NCBI GenBank assembly: GCA_002189035.1
Contig: NEEC01000011.1
Location: forward strand, 310,001 to 374,000
DNA: 64,000 nt
Source: Utricularia gibba
Taxonomy: Eukaryota > Plantae > Magnoliophyta
Reading direction: 5' to 3'
Every line of letters starts with the position of its first letter. Within the stretch, counting starts at the first letter, position 1. This document shows, one piece after another, positions 52,091 to 64,000 of this stretch. A program made the position numbers and the translations under genes. The notes beneath the pieces were generated by a model, which worked only from the letters and a program-made list of their open reading frames with translations, was not told where the DNA came from and did no database searches.

Positions 52091-52903
52091 CTCAAACCTG
52101 AATCTGATGAATTCCCAACATAAACCGAGAAGACAGAAGAAAATCAGCCAACCACTTCCCTTCTCATATCGCAAAGGTAAAGCAATGTAATTGAATCGTA
52201 ACCAGTCATCCCACCGCTCAGGCACAGAATTTCAAAATTCGTTCCTTTGACAGAAATTAAAAAAGGCCGCACAGTGCAATACAGAAACTATACATGAAAA
52301 AAAACAAAGAAGACAAGAAATTGAATTAGATCATCATTTAAAGAGATCGGTCTTCTACAAAACCATTAATTTCATAGCATCCGAGAGCCCCTGAAGCTCA
52401 AAATCGTAGCACGAACCATAACCATGTATAAGATCTCGGAAGATGCAGATCCATCAGACCGAATCAGAATCAGCCGACGCCTCGAAACCCTAAAGCGGGT
52501 TGGATGCGAGGGGATAAAAAGTGATGGATGCCGCGCCTTGCAAAATGTCTCAGAACCAGAGGAGGCCGGGGACCGTGGGTGGGGTGTGCGGGGGTGGGGG
52601 AAGAGATGACACGTGGCAACTCACTTACTGCTTCAAACCCTGTGCTCCTGCCTCTCCTGCGTTTCGGTCACATGGGCACGAACGAGTGCATCCCTTGAAA
52701 ACAAGGATTAAAGACATGCGAACCACTAACAATTCTAAGGATTGAAAACGGGCATCTATCCCTCCTATGAGGCGCGGATGCGATACAGCTAGATATATTC
52801 GACTTAAGGTATAATCGAAACAGGGACAATGGCATAGATACACCAATAGTCTCTAGGTTGTGATAATGAATATCCTGGGTCATAGAAGCTAGCTGGATGA
52901 TTG

Positions 52904-54251
52904 TCATGTACAAAGGCTTGGTACAGTGACCCCTGCTTCTGAATTCTGCTGTTCCTTGGATATTCTGCCGGTGACTCTGAGCTTGAGCTCTTTCCTATCG
53001 CCACCAGAGAAGAAAAGCGCCATACTACGTTGGATGATCAGCCCATCATGGCTATCCCTCACCTTTCTATGGCTGTCTCTAATGCTCCGTGGAGTGCCTT
53101 CCCAAATGAGCTTTCTGCCATTGCCGCCAACCTCCAAACTGTAGCCGTATTTGCGAGCCTCAGCTTCATCCCCCATAAAACGAAGAAATGCCATGTACAC
53201 AGGGGCCATTCCAAGTTGAAATGCTTCAAAATGAAGGCAAAAATATTGGCCAAAGCAATTGAATACCTAGTAACACATAGAAAGCGTTAGCTGAGGCATG
53301 GAGAAATAAGCGGATGCAGACTATTTGAACGAAAAGCAGTTCAAGCCATTCCGCATTACGCAATCCTAATTACCTTGTGTCTCAACTTGTCCTCCAACCA
53401 CCTTTTTTGTTAAAAAAATAGCATGAATACGAATGTCCACAAGGCAAAACGCACTCTCAAGATGCCTGAAACTACATATATAAAGGATGTAAACATCGCA
53501 CTCACAGTTAACATCCATGTAGCATTTTCCACTTCACGAGGATTTGACTTAACATAACGGTGATTAAAGGTGCAGCCAGTGTGCATGTCCACTTTATGGT
53601 CATCTCTCAAATGGGAAACTAGATAAGGAATGTTTCCAGTAACTGCACACTCTGATCCAGCGTAGGGACAATTATAAGGCCTAAAATTGCAAATTCCCTC
53701 ATGACTGAGTTTGCTGTAATAAGGAAAAATTTCCAAGCAACCCAAGGAATAAAATTTGCAAGGAAGCTCTAATGACTCTGCAACTTTCTCAAGGGCCAAA
53801 CATCTAATATCCCCCAATTCTTGCCTGCAGGTAGGGCATCTGTTATGCACCCTTGTCTTGCAATTTGCACAGAGAGTGTGGCCATTGGGACACTGAAAAA
53901 AAAAATCCAGTCAATGGCTAGTGTACAAAACGGTTGATAAACTTTTAAAGTAAAGGTGGTTGAAACCACAGACGAAAACAATTTTTATAATATGCATGTG
54001 CCCCATGTCAAGTGGCAGACCTGATGAATCGGTGGGTACATGGAGTTAGTACAAACAGGGCACTCCAGCAATTCATGCACTCCTTTTGGAGCAATTCCAG
54101 AAGAGGCTAGCCTATGGTTCTTACAAAACTGCTGCGCAAGACCATTGGAGCTGCTGTGAGTGTTTGTGGAGCCCGGTGCCTGGATTTCTTCTTCATCCAT
54201 AGAATCCGATAACAAGACACTCTCAACACCTTCCATATCTCTGGACGTCAT
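52904..54251 (-). CDS. SINAT: SINA-family RING E3 ubiquitin ligase, 3 exons (54251-54021, 53892-53506, 53266-52904)
   Basis: LLECPVCTNSMYPPIHQ|CPNGHTLCANC..CPTC RING, two TRAF-type zinc fingers, VFNCFGQYFCLHFEAF..DRKELKLRVTGRI; intact frame. Confidence 0.95.
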
Positions 54252-54675
54252 CCCATTAAAAATACCAAAAACTCCCAAATTTAAAGATCTAGCCAAGTTG
54301 CGGAAAATATAAAATTCCAACTTCTGTGAGCGAGATACCCAGTTGCAAAGATTCCAAATTTAGAGTTAACAATGGCAGACTAGCCGGATTGGCAGCCGGG
54401 GTATTAGATCTTAAAACATGAGCGCACAATGAACTTTAATAGGAGATAGATGAGGCAGCTTTACATGTTGATATGGAGAGAATGGCATCACCCAACAGCA
54501 AGAAAAAACCTTGATCGTTGACCGAAACCCGCGGCTTCCATTTCCTCAAAGAAGCAATTCAAAAGGACAATTCCAAGCAACGACCAAATGGCGAGACAGG
54601 GTTTCGAATGACGGGAATCCGAATTGCCTTAAGAGGCCGGAACCCCAAATGAAGGATTCCAGGGAATCATCATCG

Positions 54676-54700
54676 ATCGATCAATCAATCAATCAATCAA
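54676..54700. repeat. (ATCA)n microsatellite upstream of SINAT
   Basis: gatcgatcaatcaatcaatcaatcaat. Confidence 0.8.
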
Positions 54701-55291
54701 TGAGGAAGAGAGCTGAAAAACAGGGCATATTGGTAATTGGATTATGTATATATACAAATAATCATTACAAAATATCTCGAATTCAATTTTTTCTAAATCA
54801 AAGTAGAGCCCATTGGTTTGGGTTTATTTAAATGCAAAATCAATTCAAAAAAATTAATAGTAAAATTTGTACTCCACATTTTTCTTTCCATATTTTAAGT
54901 ATAATAATCATATCCGTGTATTGAAAAATTAGAGAAACATGTAAAAGAAACAAATATAATATTTTTATCCTAACAACTAATAATTATTGAAAAACTAATT
55001 GATCAAATGAGTTTGTAGCTATTAATTGGAATAAAAAATGACATAATCGGTTCATCCACAAAATTTCAACCCTCACTTATCTTCTCATCAAAAAATTATT
55101 CATTTTTCTTTCTCAATTAAATTGAGAAGATTTAAGTGGATTAGCACCACTTGGACTCATCTATAGATTTTGGGTACAGAATGCAAGGAACCGTCTTACT
55201 TTTCCTAGGTTTTTTTTATACAAATCTATACAAAAAAAACACACTATCAAATTACTAAAACTATAAAAATTCATTTTTTATTCTTCATAAA

Positions 55292-56485
55292 TGATAAGTG
55301 ATTTTGTGTTAATTATATTTGTGCTTTTTAGGACTCCCTTAGATGAGTTTTGCATTCTTTTTATCCCACTTTATTTATGTTTTTAGAAAAATTTTATATC
55401 TTTTATACCACTTTGATCTTTTTGGAGGGAAAGTGTGTTTTGTGATTTTTCAGGACGAATTTGGAATAATTTGGAGGATTTTAGAGCTACTTTGATGAAG
55501 ACTAAGATTTGGTCTACCCGGATGAAGACTCGATCAAAGTTTCTCTGATAAGATAAGATTCGCATCTTATCTTGGAGAAATTGGATCTCATCCTAGAAGA
55601 TTTATATCAAATCTTTAAAGATTCGGATAGAAGATTTAATGCGAGCCCATCAAGAAAGCTCGACAAATCCCCACCATTATATAAAGATCCAAACGCGAAG
55701 ACCTAAAGGGAGTCAAGTGGTAGACGACCAGAGAGTCAAATTAGGGTTTAGAGTCGAGTCTAGCATATTTTGGATGTCTTTCCTTTCGTTTTTCATCAAC
55801 TTTTGTTGTTTAGAGTCAAGCATGCGTGTGTGAGCGCTTGTGACTGAGGATCTGCTGTGACGCCTTGCTTGCGCAAGTCCTGCGCGCATGACTGTCTTAC
55901 TATGTTTTTCAGCATTTAATTTGAGGTCTGATTCTGTTTTTCGCAACGTTTTCTTTACCAACGTGATCTTTAGGGTTTACCATATAACCTTAAGGGAGTG
56001 TGGGAAAATCAAAGATTGGCCTCAAGCACCTAAGGAGAAGGGCTCAATCGGACATCGTTGGTAAGACATATTCTATCTAATCTGTCTGCGAGGTGTGAGG
56101 TGTAGAGGTTAGATTTGGGTGTGGGAAAACATGGGTTATCACAAGAGGTGAAATGGCTCTGGTGGCGTGGTTGATTCCATAATCCCACAAAATAAGGGAC
56201 GGTGCTATAACAGTCACCAAGTAGCACTACTTTAACATAACACCCCCAAAGCTTGCGCAAGCAGGTCAGTGTTCAAGGTTTGCACACACGCAAGGGCGAT
56301 TTTCAAGTAAGATGGATCTTAAATTCAATTCCACTTTTATTATTATATTCAAAACCCAATCTTTCTTTTATTTTCAATCTTTTTAAATCTTTGTTTTGAA
56401 AAGAATATTTCAATAACAATTCCGTGTGGATACGATCTTATTTTATTACTTCGACGGTTTCTGTACAATTGCAGAATTACCATCA
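55292..56485 (+). mobile_element. LTR family B copy without matching TSD
   Basis: TGATAAG...CCATCA; flanks ATAAA and AGCTA differ; no PBS or PPT adjacent. Confidence 0.85.
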
Positions 56486-57777
56486 AGCTAAAAAATGAGA
56501 CAAATAAAATTAAAAGGTCAATGAGAAGTTAGGGTCTTTTGCAAAGTAAAAAATCAAAAAATTTTACAATAAGCATCGAACAAAGACATAATGGATAGAG
56601 ATAATCAGTGTAATAAAAAAGAGGGAATAACTGTTTTTACAAATAAGAAATTTTTTTAAAAAATATTAATATTTTTAAAAAATGAGATAATATAGAGATA
56701 TTTTTAAAAAATAACTAATATAAAATAAATATTTCTAAATATAAATAATATTTTCATATTATAAATTTTAAAAAAATATAAATATACATAATTAACTTCA
56801 AAATGTTCTTTATAATTAATTCATTTATAAATAAATTAATAAAAAATTCAACTCCATTGTTAAATTATATTATTAAAATATCAACAAATTGAGTTATTAT
56901 AAATATTTCAAACTAAATTTAATTATTTTAAATAAACAATTTTTATACATTTAAATGGTTATTGAGTTTAGAAAAAGTCACATCATTAAACTGAATAAAA
57001 GTTGAATAAATTTTAAAAATAATTAATATAATACTTGAAATTTATAATCCAAATACATAAAATATTATCAAACAAGCCAAATTAACAAACACAATTTAAT
57101 TATTTATTGATAATGATAGTATACTTTTTTAGTTCCCTCACAACACTTTTTATACAATACGATCAAATGTTGAATTTCTAATTTTACATTGTAACGAAGT
57201 TATAGATTGACTAAAATCTTCATATAAAGTTAGCTATTGTGATGAATTCGTTGATTGATCAATATTCTTATATGAAAGTTGTTGTTACTATATGGATTAT
57301 CGGTGTTGAAAATATGTTATCTCATTTTGTATTGTTCTGTATATATAAAGTAAATATATAGAGGATTACAAAATAGGTAGATATTTTTTGTTTACACTAT
57401 AAATTTTGATTCCGTAATAAAAAACTATAATGACTTTTTTGTATTTTGACATGCTATATTATATTTTAATATATTGTTTAATAAAAAATATTATTGACTT
57501 TTTCGTATTTTGGCATGCTACATTATATTTCAATATTCCTTATTGCATTATGTTTTCTATGTTACAAGGATGTATGTTAATATATTGATGATTTCAAATT
57601 CATAGATTATTTAATGAAATGATAGGTTTTTATAGATTATATTGATTGTTTTATAAAAGTTTTATAATTATGCATTATGTTTTGGATTAAATTCTAAATT
57701 CTAGTTTACACATAATATTTTTTTTCTTTCAGATTATGTTCTAAATTCATTTTCTTGTGTTTTTTAGACTTATATAA

Positions 57778-57802
57778 ATTATTATTATTATTATTATTAT
57801 TG
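57778..57802. repeat. (ATT)n microsatellite
   Basis: About 8 ATT units. Confidence 0.85.
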
Positions 57803-59476
57803 TAACAAAGCCATGGATATTGTTTGTGAAGATAAAAATTTAATTTAAAATAATAAATATACCCTAATGACATATATAAATGAAGAAAAAATGTTTATTG
57901 AAACTAAGAGAAAAGTAATGAATGATGAAATAGGTATAAATAAAACTTGTTTAAATAGCAAGTTATTCATATGGATACAAAATGTAAATACAAGTATTTC
58001 ACTTGTTTGTTTATATGATGAAAAACAAATGAATTTATGTATGTTGAGATATATTTTAGAGATAGATAAAGCCTTATCCATATTATAACATTATACCACA
58101 TTTAATTGCTCAATTTGAATTCAATATTAAGAAAAATGATGATGATTAGCACTTTGTCATATGCTGTCAAATGAAAACATCCATATGTCCATTCTACATT
58201 GGGCCTGATCCACAAGAACAAATGAACATATAGAAAACTAAATTGATCTACCTCATTGATGGAGTCTAAATTGGATTGAGGTAATCGGTCATTGAAAAGG
58301 AGCCAAAAGGTATCCTGGCAGGTTGGCACAGGTCGATAAGTGTCAAAGTTTGTTAGCAACGGTCATGGTACAGTAGTCGGTGGTTATCTGAAAGTAAGAC
58401 CATAGTATGCACAAAAGGCGCAGAAAGTAGCCGACATCTACAGAATTCAGAATTCGATCAGACCAACCTCTTCGATAAATATAAGAAACCTTGAAGAAGA
58501 AAGGGTTGAACTCCAAGCACTCTAACTTGTATTTTTTTCTCACCCCCACCTAGTGAAGTTATTTTTCAGTGAACTCTGACAGCTAGGTGATTTTTTTCAT
58601 TCCCCGACGGTTTCCACGTTAAAATCCCCGTCTTTCTTCATTTCTGTTAATCGCATCATACAGAACCCTGAAATCTTAATTGGTCCAGCCGTATCCCCAA
58701 CCCGGGAATCGGTTTTCACCTTTGCACCGATTTCCAACCACAACACTCATATTTGTAATGTAATACCATATGTATTTACTCTACATTCAAACTTGACGAT
58801 CAAAGTAATTGTGGATCTCCTATAGAATTAATGCAAATATTCTAAAGAAAGCCACTATCTCAAAATCATTCACAAAGATAGAGTATTGAAGTCTTGCTTC
58901 TACTAATACAAAGTTAATGTGAATCTCTTACATCCAAAAATATTTTCAACAACCCTTGCTTACTTTTCTTTATTATGATAGAAAATCTACCATTATCTCA
59001 CTTTCAAACCCATTTTTCATGAATGCACGAAATACATCTAGATCGATTGTCACATTATCTGTGATCAATACAAGAAAATTTTTTAATGCCTCAGTCTATA
59101 CCTTCAAATCAGCAGTTAGCTTATGTATTTACCAAGTCCATTAGCATTCTCTCTTTTCAGTATATCATGGAGAAACTTGGTTTGGGTCCTACTACATCAC
59201 ACTTCCATATCTCGAATTAGGATGCATATTTGATGAACAACTCGAATCAAGATGCATACATGACAGACTTCTATGACTTGGAAAGGGCGGTAAGATGCTA
59301 AGAAGCATACATGAGTTATATATGAATGAAGGTAAAGTCAATTGACTGTAAAACATATGGAATGCTCAAATATATCATTTCAAAGTTAATACTTGAACAT
59401 TGATTGGAGGTCTCAAGTCAAACAATCCAAAATATTTTATTTACACTTACTTCAAATCCAGAATAATTGTTTATTA

Positions 59477-60830
59477 GAGCATCTCCAACCCATTCCGTCC
59501 TTTCGAATGTGGTAATCTAATTATTTCTTCATCCTATAAACAAATAGTTCGTTCAGCGTTGCAAAATTTTTCTCTTTTCTATGCCCTTTCCTTTGCGGAT
59601 ATCCTTTGTTTGCAGGAAACTCCACCCATTTTTCACTTTTTTGTCATGAAAGATTTCGTTTTTTTGGTACGCCATACTACATTGAAGAATCTACTGAAAA
59701 ATTGAAGGTGGGCGTATCTTTCATTCAGATTGAAACCCTATTTTCAATTGCTTCATACACATTGAAGAATCTATTTAATACTTATATGTGAGCTCACTTG
59801 AAAAGTAAAAGTATGAACTCATTTTCTAGATTTCATTTCATTTATTCATGATGTATTTTAATGTTATGATTCTCATTGAGACATTTTAGTTTTTTATTTT
59901 ACCTTTGGTTCCGTTTTACAAAATTAAATGTGAGAAATTTATTGTGAGTTCAAAGACTTTCATAGAATTACAATAAAATCATATGATTAAATGTATACAT
60001 TTTTATATAAAATTTTGAGTTATTTTAAGCTGCATTTCCTTTGAAGTTTTTATTTAAATTCTCTAGTAAATTGTAATAAAATGGTTGAAGTTTTCGATAT
60101 TATAGTAAATGATGCTTGATCTTTAAGTAACTTTTTTTTTTTGTCAAAGACCCATGATATTTTGAACCTTGTTGTGATGTTTGATGATCTTTTGTTGGTT
60201 CAAATATGTAGACATCATATATAATGTTCTATAATACTTCGCATATGAAGCAAACTGTTTTTTAGCTTTTCTTCCACTTTGAATCATTTTCTCTAAAGCT
60301 TGATTTTTTAGTTTGATTTCATTGTTTAATGTAGTACCATGATCTCTTCATTATAATAAAAAAGGATAAGTTTATATTTGTACATTTTTATAGATGGCTG
60401 ATCAAAGTGGATTAAAATCAACAAGATTGACTGAAAAAGAAGAACTTCTTGTATCGGCTTAGTTGAATGTTAGTGTTGACCCTATAAATGGGAATTTTAC
60501 AGAAGAGTGATTTTTGGGCAAGAGTCACTTCCTATTACAATGCTGCAAGAGTTGCATGACATCGTTTTATTGATCCTTTAAGGAAAAAATGGAGTCTTTT
60601 GAATAAAGAGGTTCAAAATTTTGTGGGTTGTTATAGTCAAATCCTAGGAAAAGAAACAAGTAGAATGAATGAAAACAATTGCAAATGAGATGCTATAGTT
60701 CTTTATAAGCAACAACAATAAATAGGGAAGGATTTCGATCACCTCAGTTGCTAGGAGATTTTGCGAAAGAAGTCAAAGTGGAAAATAGTAATGATTTTAA
60801 TTTGTTGCCACTTAATATTATTATGTATAC
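59477..60830 (+). mobile_element. PIF/Harbinger left end with Myb/SANT-like ORF1 remnant
   Basis: TTA followed by TIR GAGCATCTCCAA at 59477. Degraded ORF at about 60395-60790: EELLVSA*LNVSVDPING..DFWARVTSYYN..KWSLLNKEVQNFVGCY. Confidence 0.7.
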
Positions 60831-60834
60831 TAAT

Positions 60835-63683
60835 AAGGAGTGAGTATCCATCAAACAATTCTATCATGCTTGCCTTTTGATTTTTGTACTCCAAAAAACT
60901 CCTTCTCTTTCAGTTTTGTGGCTTCTTTTCAACACTTCAGCCTTTTTCCTTTCTTCTTCTTCTCCCTTTTTTTTTCATTCTTTCTTTCTTTTTTTTCGAA
61001 ATTGATCTCTCTCTTGGACAGAATGTCTGTTGAAAATCCCTTCATAATTTATTGAGATAGAGCTTGATCACTAAGTTGAAAATTGCTCTCAACTTTTCTT
61101 CTTTTGTAATAGAGCTCCTAGTTTTGCAGCTTGTGCAAGCAAACGAACAAAACTGTTCTCCAGATGCTTCTTCCTTGGGTAAGAGAAATCGCAGTAGGCT
61201 ATAATCGTAAAAACGGATTTGGCTTTTGATCTAGTGATTCAAATAAAAGGGTTTCAGGCCAAGTGGGACTCATTAAGCGGATTCAAGGTGGGATATTAGA
61301 GATAAAAAAAAAAGTAAATGCGAATGCCTCAATCCCTTTGCACAAGACCTATAGAATAACCCAGCAGTATACACAAGAACAAGCCTATGATCACAGTGCA
61401 TTCAGGTCACTCATAAAGAAAAGAGAATAAAAGTGGTTTCCTCACCAAGAAAGTAGGGCTATGTAGCTTGCACAAGGAGTACAAAATGAACAGCATGTAA
61501 AAGAATGCCTTAGCAAGAAGCATGCCAAAATTCTAATGCACAATAACTATTTTGAAGAAATAGTACCAAAAACAAAAGTTTAACTTCCAGCAAAATACCA
61601 AATGTGAGGTTGTGATAAGTCAGTAAATGACATCATATTCCATTTGAAGAAAAAATGAAAATGATCCTTCTCCCCCACACTTCAATAAAAACTTATGTTC
61701 AAAAGATTGAAAAAAATCTGAAATGGGTCATGTATTCTAAAAAGTGGAATTTTCTTCATCTGGACAACCCATATACGTTGCATGACATGTGCATTTTCGT
61801 GGTCATTCATATCAGCCTGTTTGCAACTTTTAAATGCAGAAACCTAATTGCGCAAGTTGCAATGATACTTGCGCAAGCATATTGGACATATATCAAAACT
61901 CATACGAAAATTCAGATCTTATCTTTATAAAGCCATCTCTCAACAAATTTATTAGAAAACTGAAACTACTCTAAAACATAGAGATTTATGCTTATCAAAC
62001 CTATTTTATTGAAAGTAAATAAAATAAAATAAATAAAAAAAACCAACTTATTTTTGAATGGCAACAAGTAAACCATACCTTGGTAAAAGATTAACGTGAT
62101 CGGTATGGAAATGTGTGAAAGCGAAAAGCAAACCTTTTGAATTTTCCATGAAGTTTCTTTCATTTTCTATTGCTCCATTTTGAAAGAGTCTCTTGGTGGC
62201 ACAAATCACAGCCCATCTTGATCTCAATTTTCCTGCAAAAAACTGATTCTGTGAAGAGAAAATAGAAAATTCATGACCTTTTATATGTCTCATCTTGCGT
62301 AAGTGCCAATCACGCCATTTTTTTATTTGCTCTTTGTACAGCTCAAATGGAAAGCTCCAGTGCATGGAATCAACACATGGAATTGTGATCAAAGCTTCCT
62401 TGAGTTGCTGCATTCTACAAAAGAAATCCTTGTCAAAAACAAAAACATATTCTTCAATTAAATCCTTACTTGTAATAACAAGTTCTTCTTCCTTCAAATT
62501 TTTTTCTATGAAGCTTAGAGACCTTTGAACCTCCTCTTGATGTGTGTCCTAATCACATAATTCGTGGGTATGGTCCTCAAAAAGATATGCTACTTGCAAA
62601 TGTTCATGCGCAACACAATCTGCTTCTGTAGCTTGCACAAGGTCAGAGACACGCATTGTTGGAACTCCATCTTCAGTTTCAATATCCTCGCATCTGGTGG
62701 GGGTCAATTCCAATTGACATGAATACTTTGGTGTGTAGATGGCTTCCAAATCATTCAATTGAGCTTCCAGCATTTGATTTTTAGTTATAGTTGTTGCAAC
62801 TTGTCATTCATGCCATGCAATCTCTTCATTTGATCTGAAAATTCTTCTTTCACTTGCTTGAATTGCTCAATGACCCCATCTTTCATCTTCTTAATCTGAT
62901 CAAATAATTCACTATTCATCTGTTGTTGTCTTTCGACGAATTGGCTCATCATACCTCTAAAAGATGGGCATTGAGGTTGTCTCCAATTCTGATTTGAAAT
63001 CTGGTTGTTGTCAACCCAATTCCCATGACTTTCTCCTTGTGCAAGTCTACTGTCAGGCCTCATGAATTTCTCCTCTAACTCTTCATCTTCATAATCACTT
63101 CCAAAATCATTGTCCTCCGAATCTAACGATGAATAAGATTGATACCAGGTGTATTGTTGATTTCTGGTCCTCCAATCTTTTTCGTACCCAACATCATTAC
63201 AATAAGTATGAGATTCATTCACAGTCTTTTCTCTGGTGTAGTAACGATTTGTTGCTAGAAGTGTATTTTGTTTTTTCGTCCGCGCTTGTGCAAGCGTCAA
63301 TTGATCGCTGTTGTACCTGCCTGAAGATGTCAATTCTGAATATGAAATCAAATGATTTACGTGATGGCCATATGATTTGTGCTCCAGAATGCATCTCTCA
63401 ACACGTGATTCTTCAGGATAAAACAAGTCATCCATCTTCCAAGACAGCATCCTAGAATCTGCCACCCAAGGATAATATTGTTGTGCAAATCGGTTTCCTG
63501 ATCTAATTCGCCCATCAATTTTCTCGAATTCGAGATTAAGGATTACATCTCGATCAAGTCTCCTCATATCTACACAAGCAAATGATGAACGAAAATCGAA
63601 AACAAAAATAAGAAATAACCTAAAACAAAATCAAAAAAGAAAAGCCAAAGGAATACAATTCCCCAGCAACAGCGCCAAAAACT
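60835..63683 (-). mobile_element. Internal region of an internally deleted Athila-like Ty3/gypsy element
   Basis: PBS TGGCGCTGTTGCTGGGGA at 63677-63660 (tRNA-Asp type, 2 mismatches). 260-aa gag-derived ORF 63567-62785. RT/RH-linker remnant LKEALITIP..WSFPFEL fused to integrase tail YKEQIKKWRD..FAGKLRSRW. No 3' LTR found. Confidence 0.8.
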
Positions 63684-64000
63684 TGATGGTGAATCTACAA
63701 GTGCACAGAACCTGTCAAAGTAATAAAATAAGATCGTATCCACAGAGAATTGTTATTGAAATTTTCTTTTCAAAACAAAGACTTAAAAAGAATGAAAACA
63801 AAAGAAAGATTTGGTTTTAAAAATAGTAAGAAAATTGGCTTTGGATCCAGGATTCACCTTGCTTAAAACTCGCCCAAACTTATGTGTGTAAACCTTGAAA
63901 ACTGACCTGCTTGCGCAAGCTTTGGGGGTGTTATTCTAAAATAGTGCTACTCGGTAACCGTTATAGCACCGTCCCTTGTTTTGTGGGATTATGGGATCAA
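63684..64000 (-). mobile_element. 5' LTR (family B) of the Athila-like element, running off the window end
   Basis: Ends ...CACCATCA immediately before AGTTTT + PBS on minus; homologous to 2570-3714 and 55292-56485. Confidence 0.9.

Noticed and set aside
58100-59360. Coding-looking minus-strand fragments (FWLLFNDRLP; ALKNFLVLITDNVTIDLDVFRAF)
   Set aside because: Short, stop-ridden and not assignable. They could be LINE or gene remnants; BLASTx is needed before any call.

Overview
Plant (probably eudicot) nuclear DNA with two compact gene islands set among heavily nested transposon debris. Island 1 (13.5-29.8 kb) holds an 18-exon RelA/SpoT homolog with a C-terminal TGS-like domain, an unprocessed exportin-1 (XPO1/CRM1) pseudogene, a TOM1-like VHS-GAT gene (all minus strand) and an intronless gamma-glutamylcyclotransferase-like gene (plus). 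Island 2 (48.1-54.3 kb, all minus) holds an uncharacterised plastid-type membrane protein with a CxxC-CxxC ribbon, a PP2C phosphatase and a SINA E3 ligase. The remainder is Ty1/copia and Athila-like Ty3/gypsy remnants and solo LTRs, two MuDR/MULE elements (one bounded by a 9-bp TSD and carrying a Ulp1-type protease gene) and PIF/Harbinger fragments. Several otherwise well-conserved genes have single-base deletions in short G/C runs, which look like consensus errors rather than biology. I found no clearly new multi-gene system. The best leads are the atypical RSH, the in-frame XPO1-pseudogene/RSH junction, the Ulp1-carrying MULE in a three-tier nest, a 503-bp perfect-identity tract between two diverged copia copies, and remnants of an unidentified decayed gene. 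Gene identities come from manual translation and recalled homolog sequences; no database search was run.
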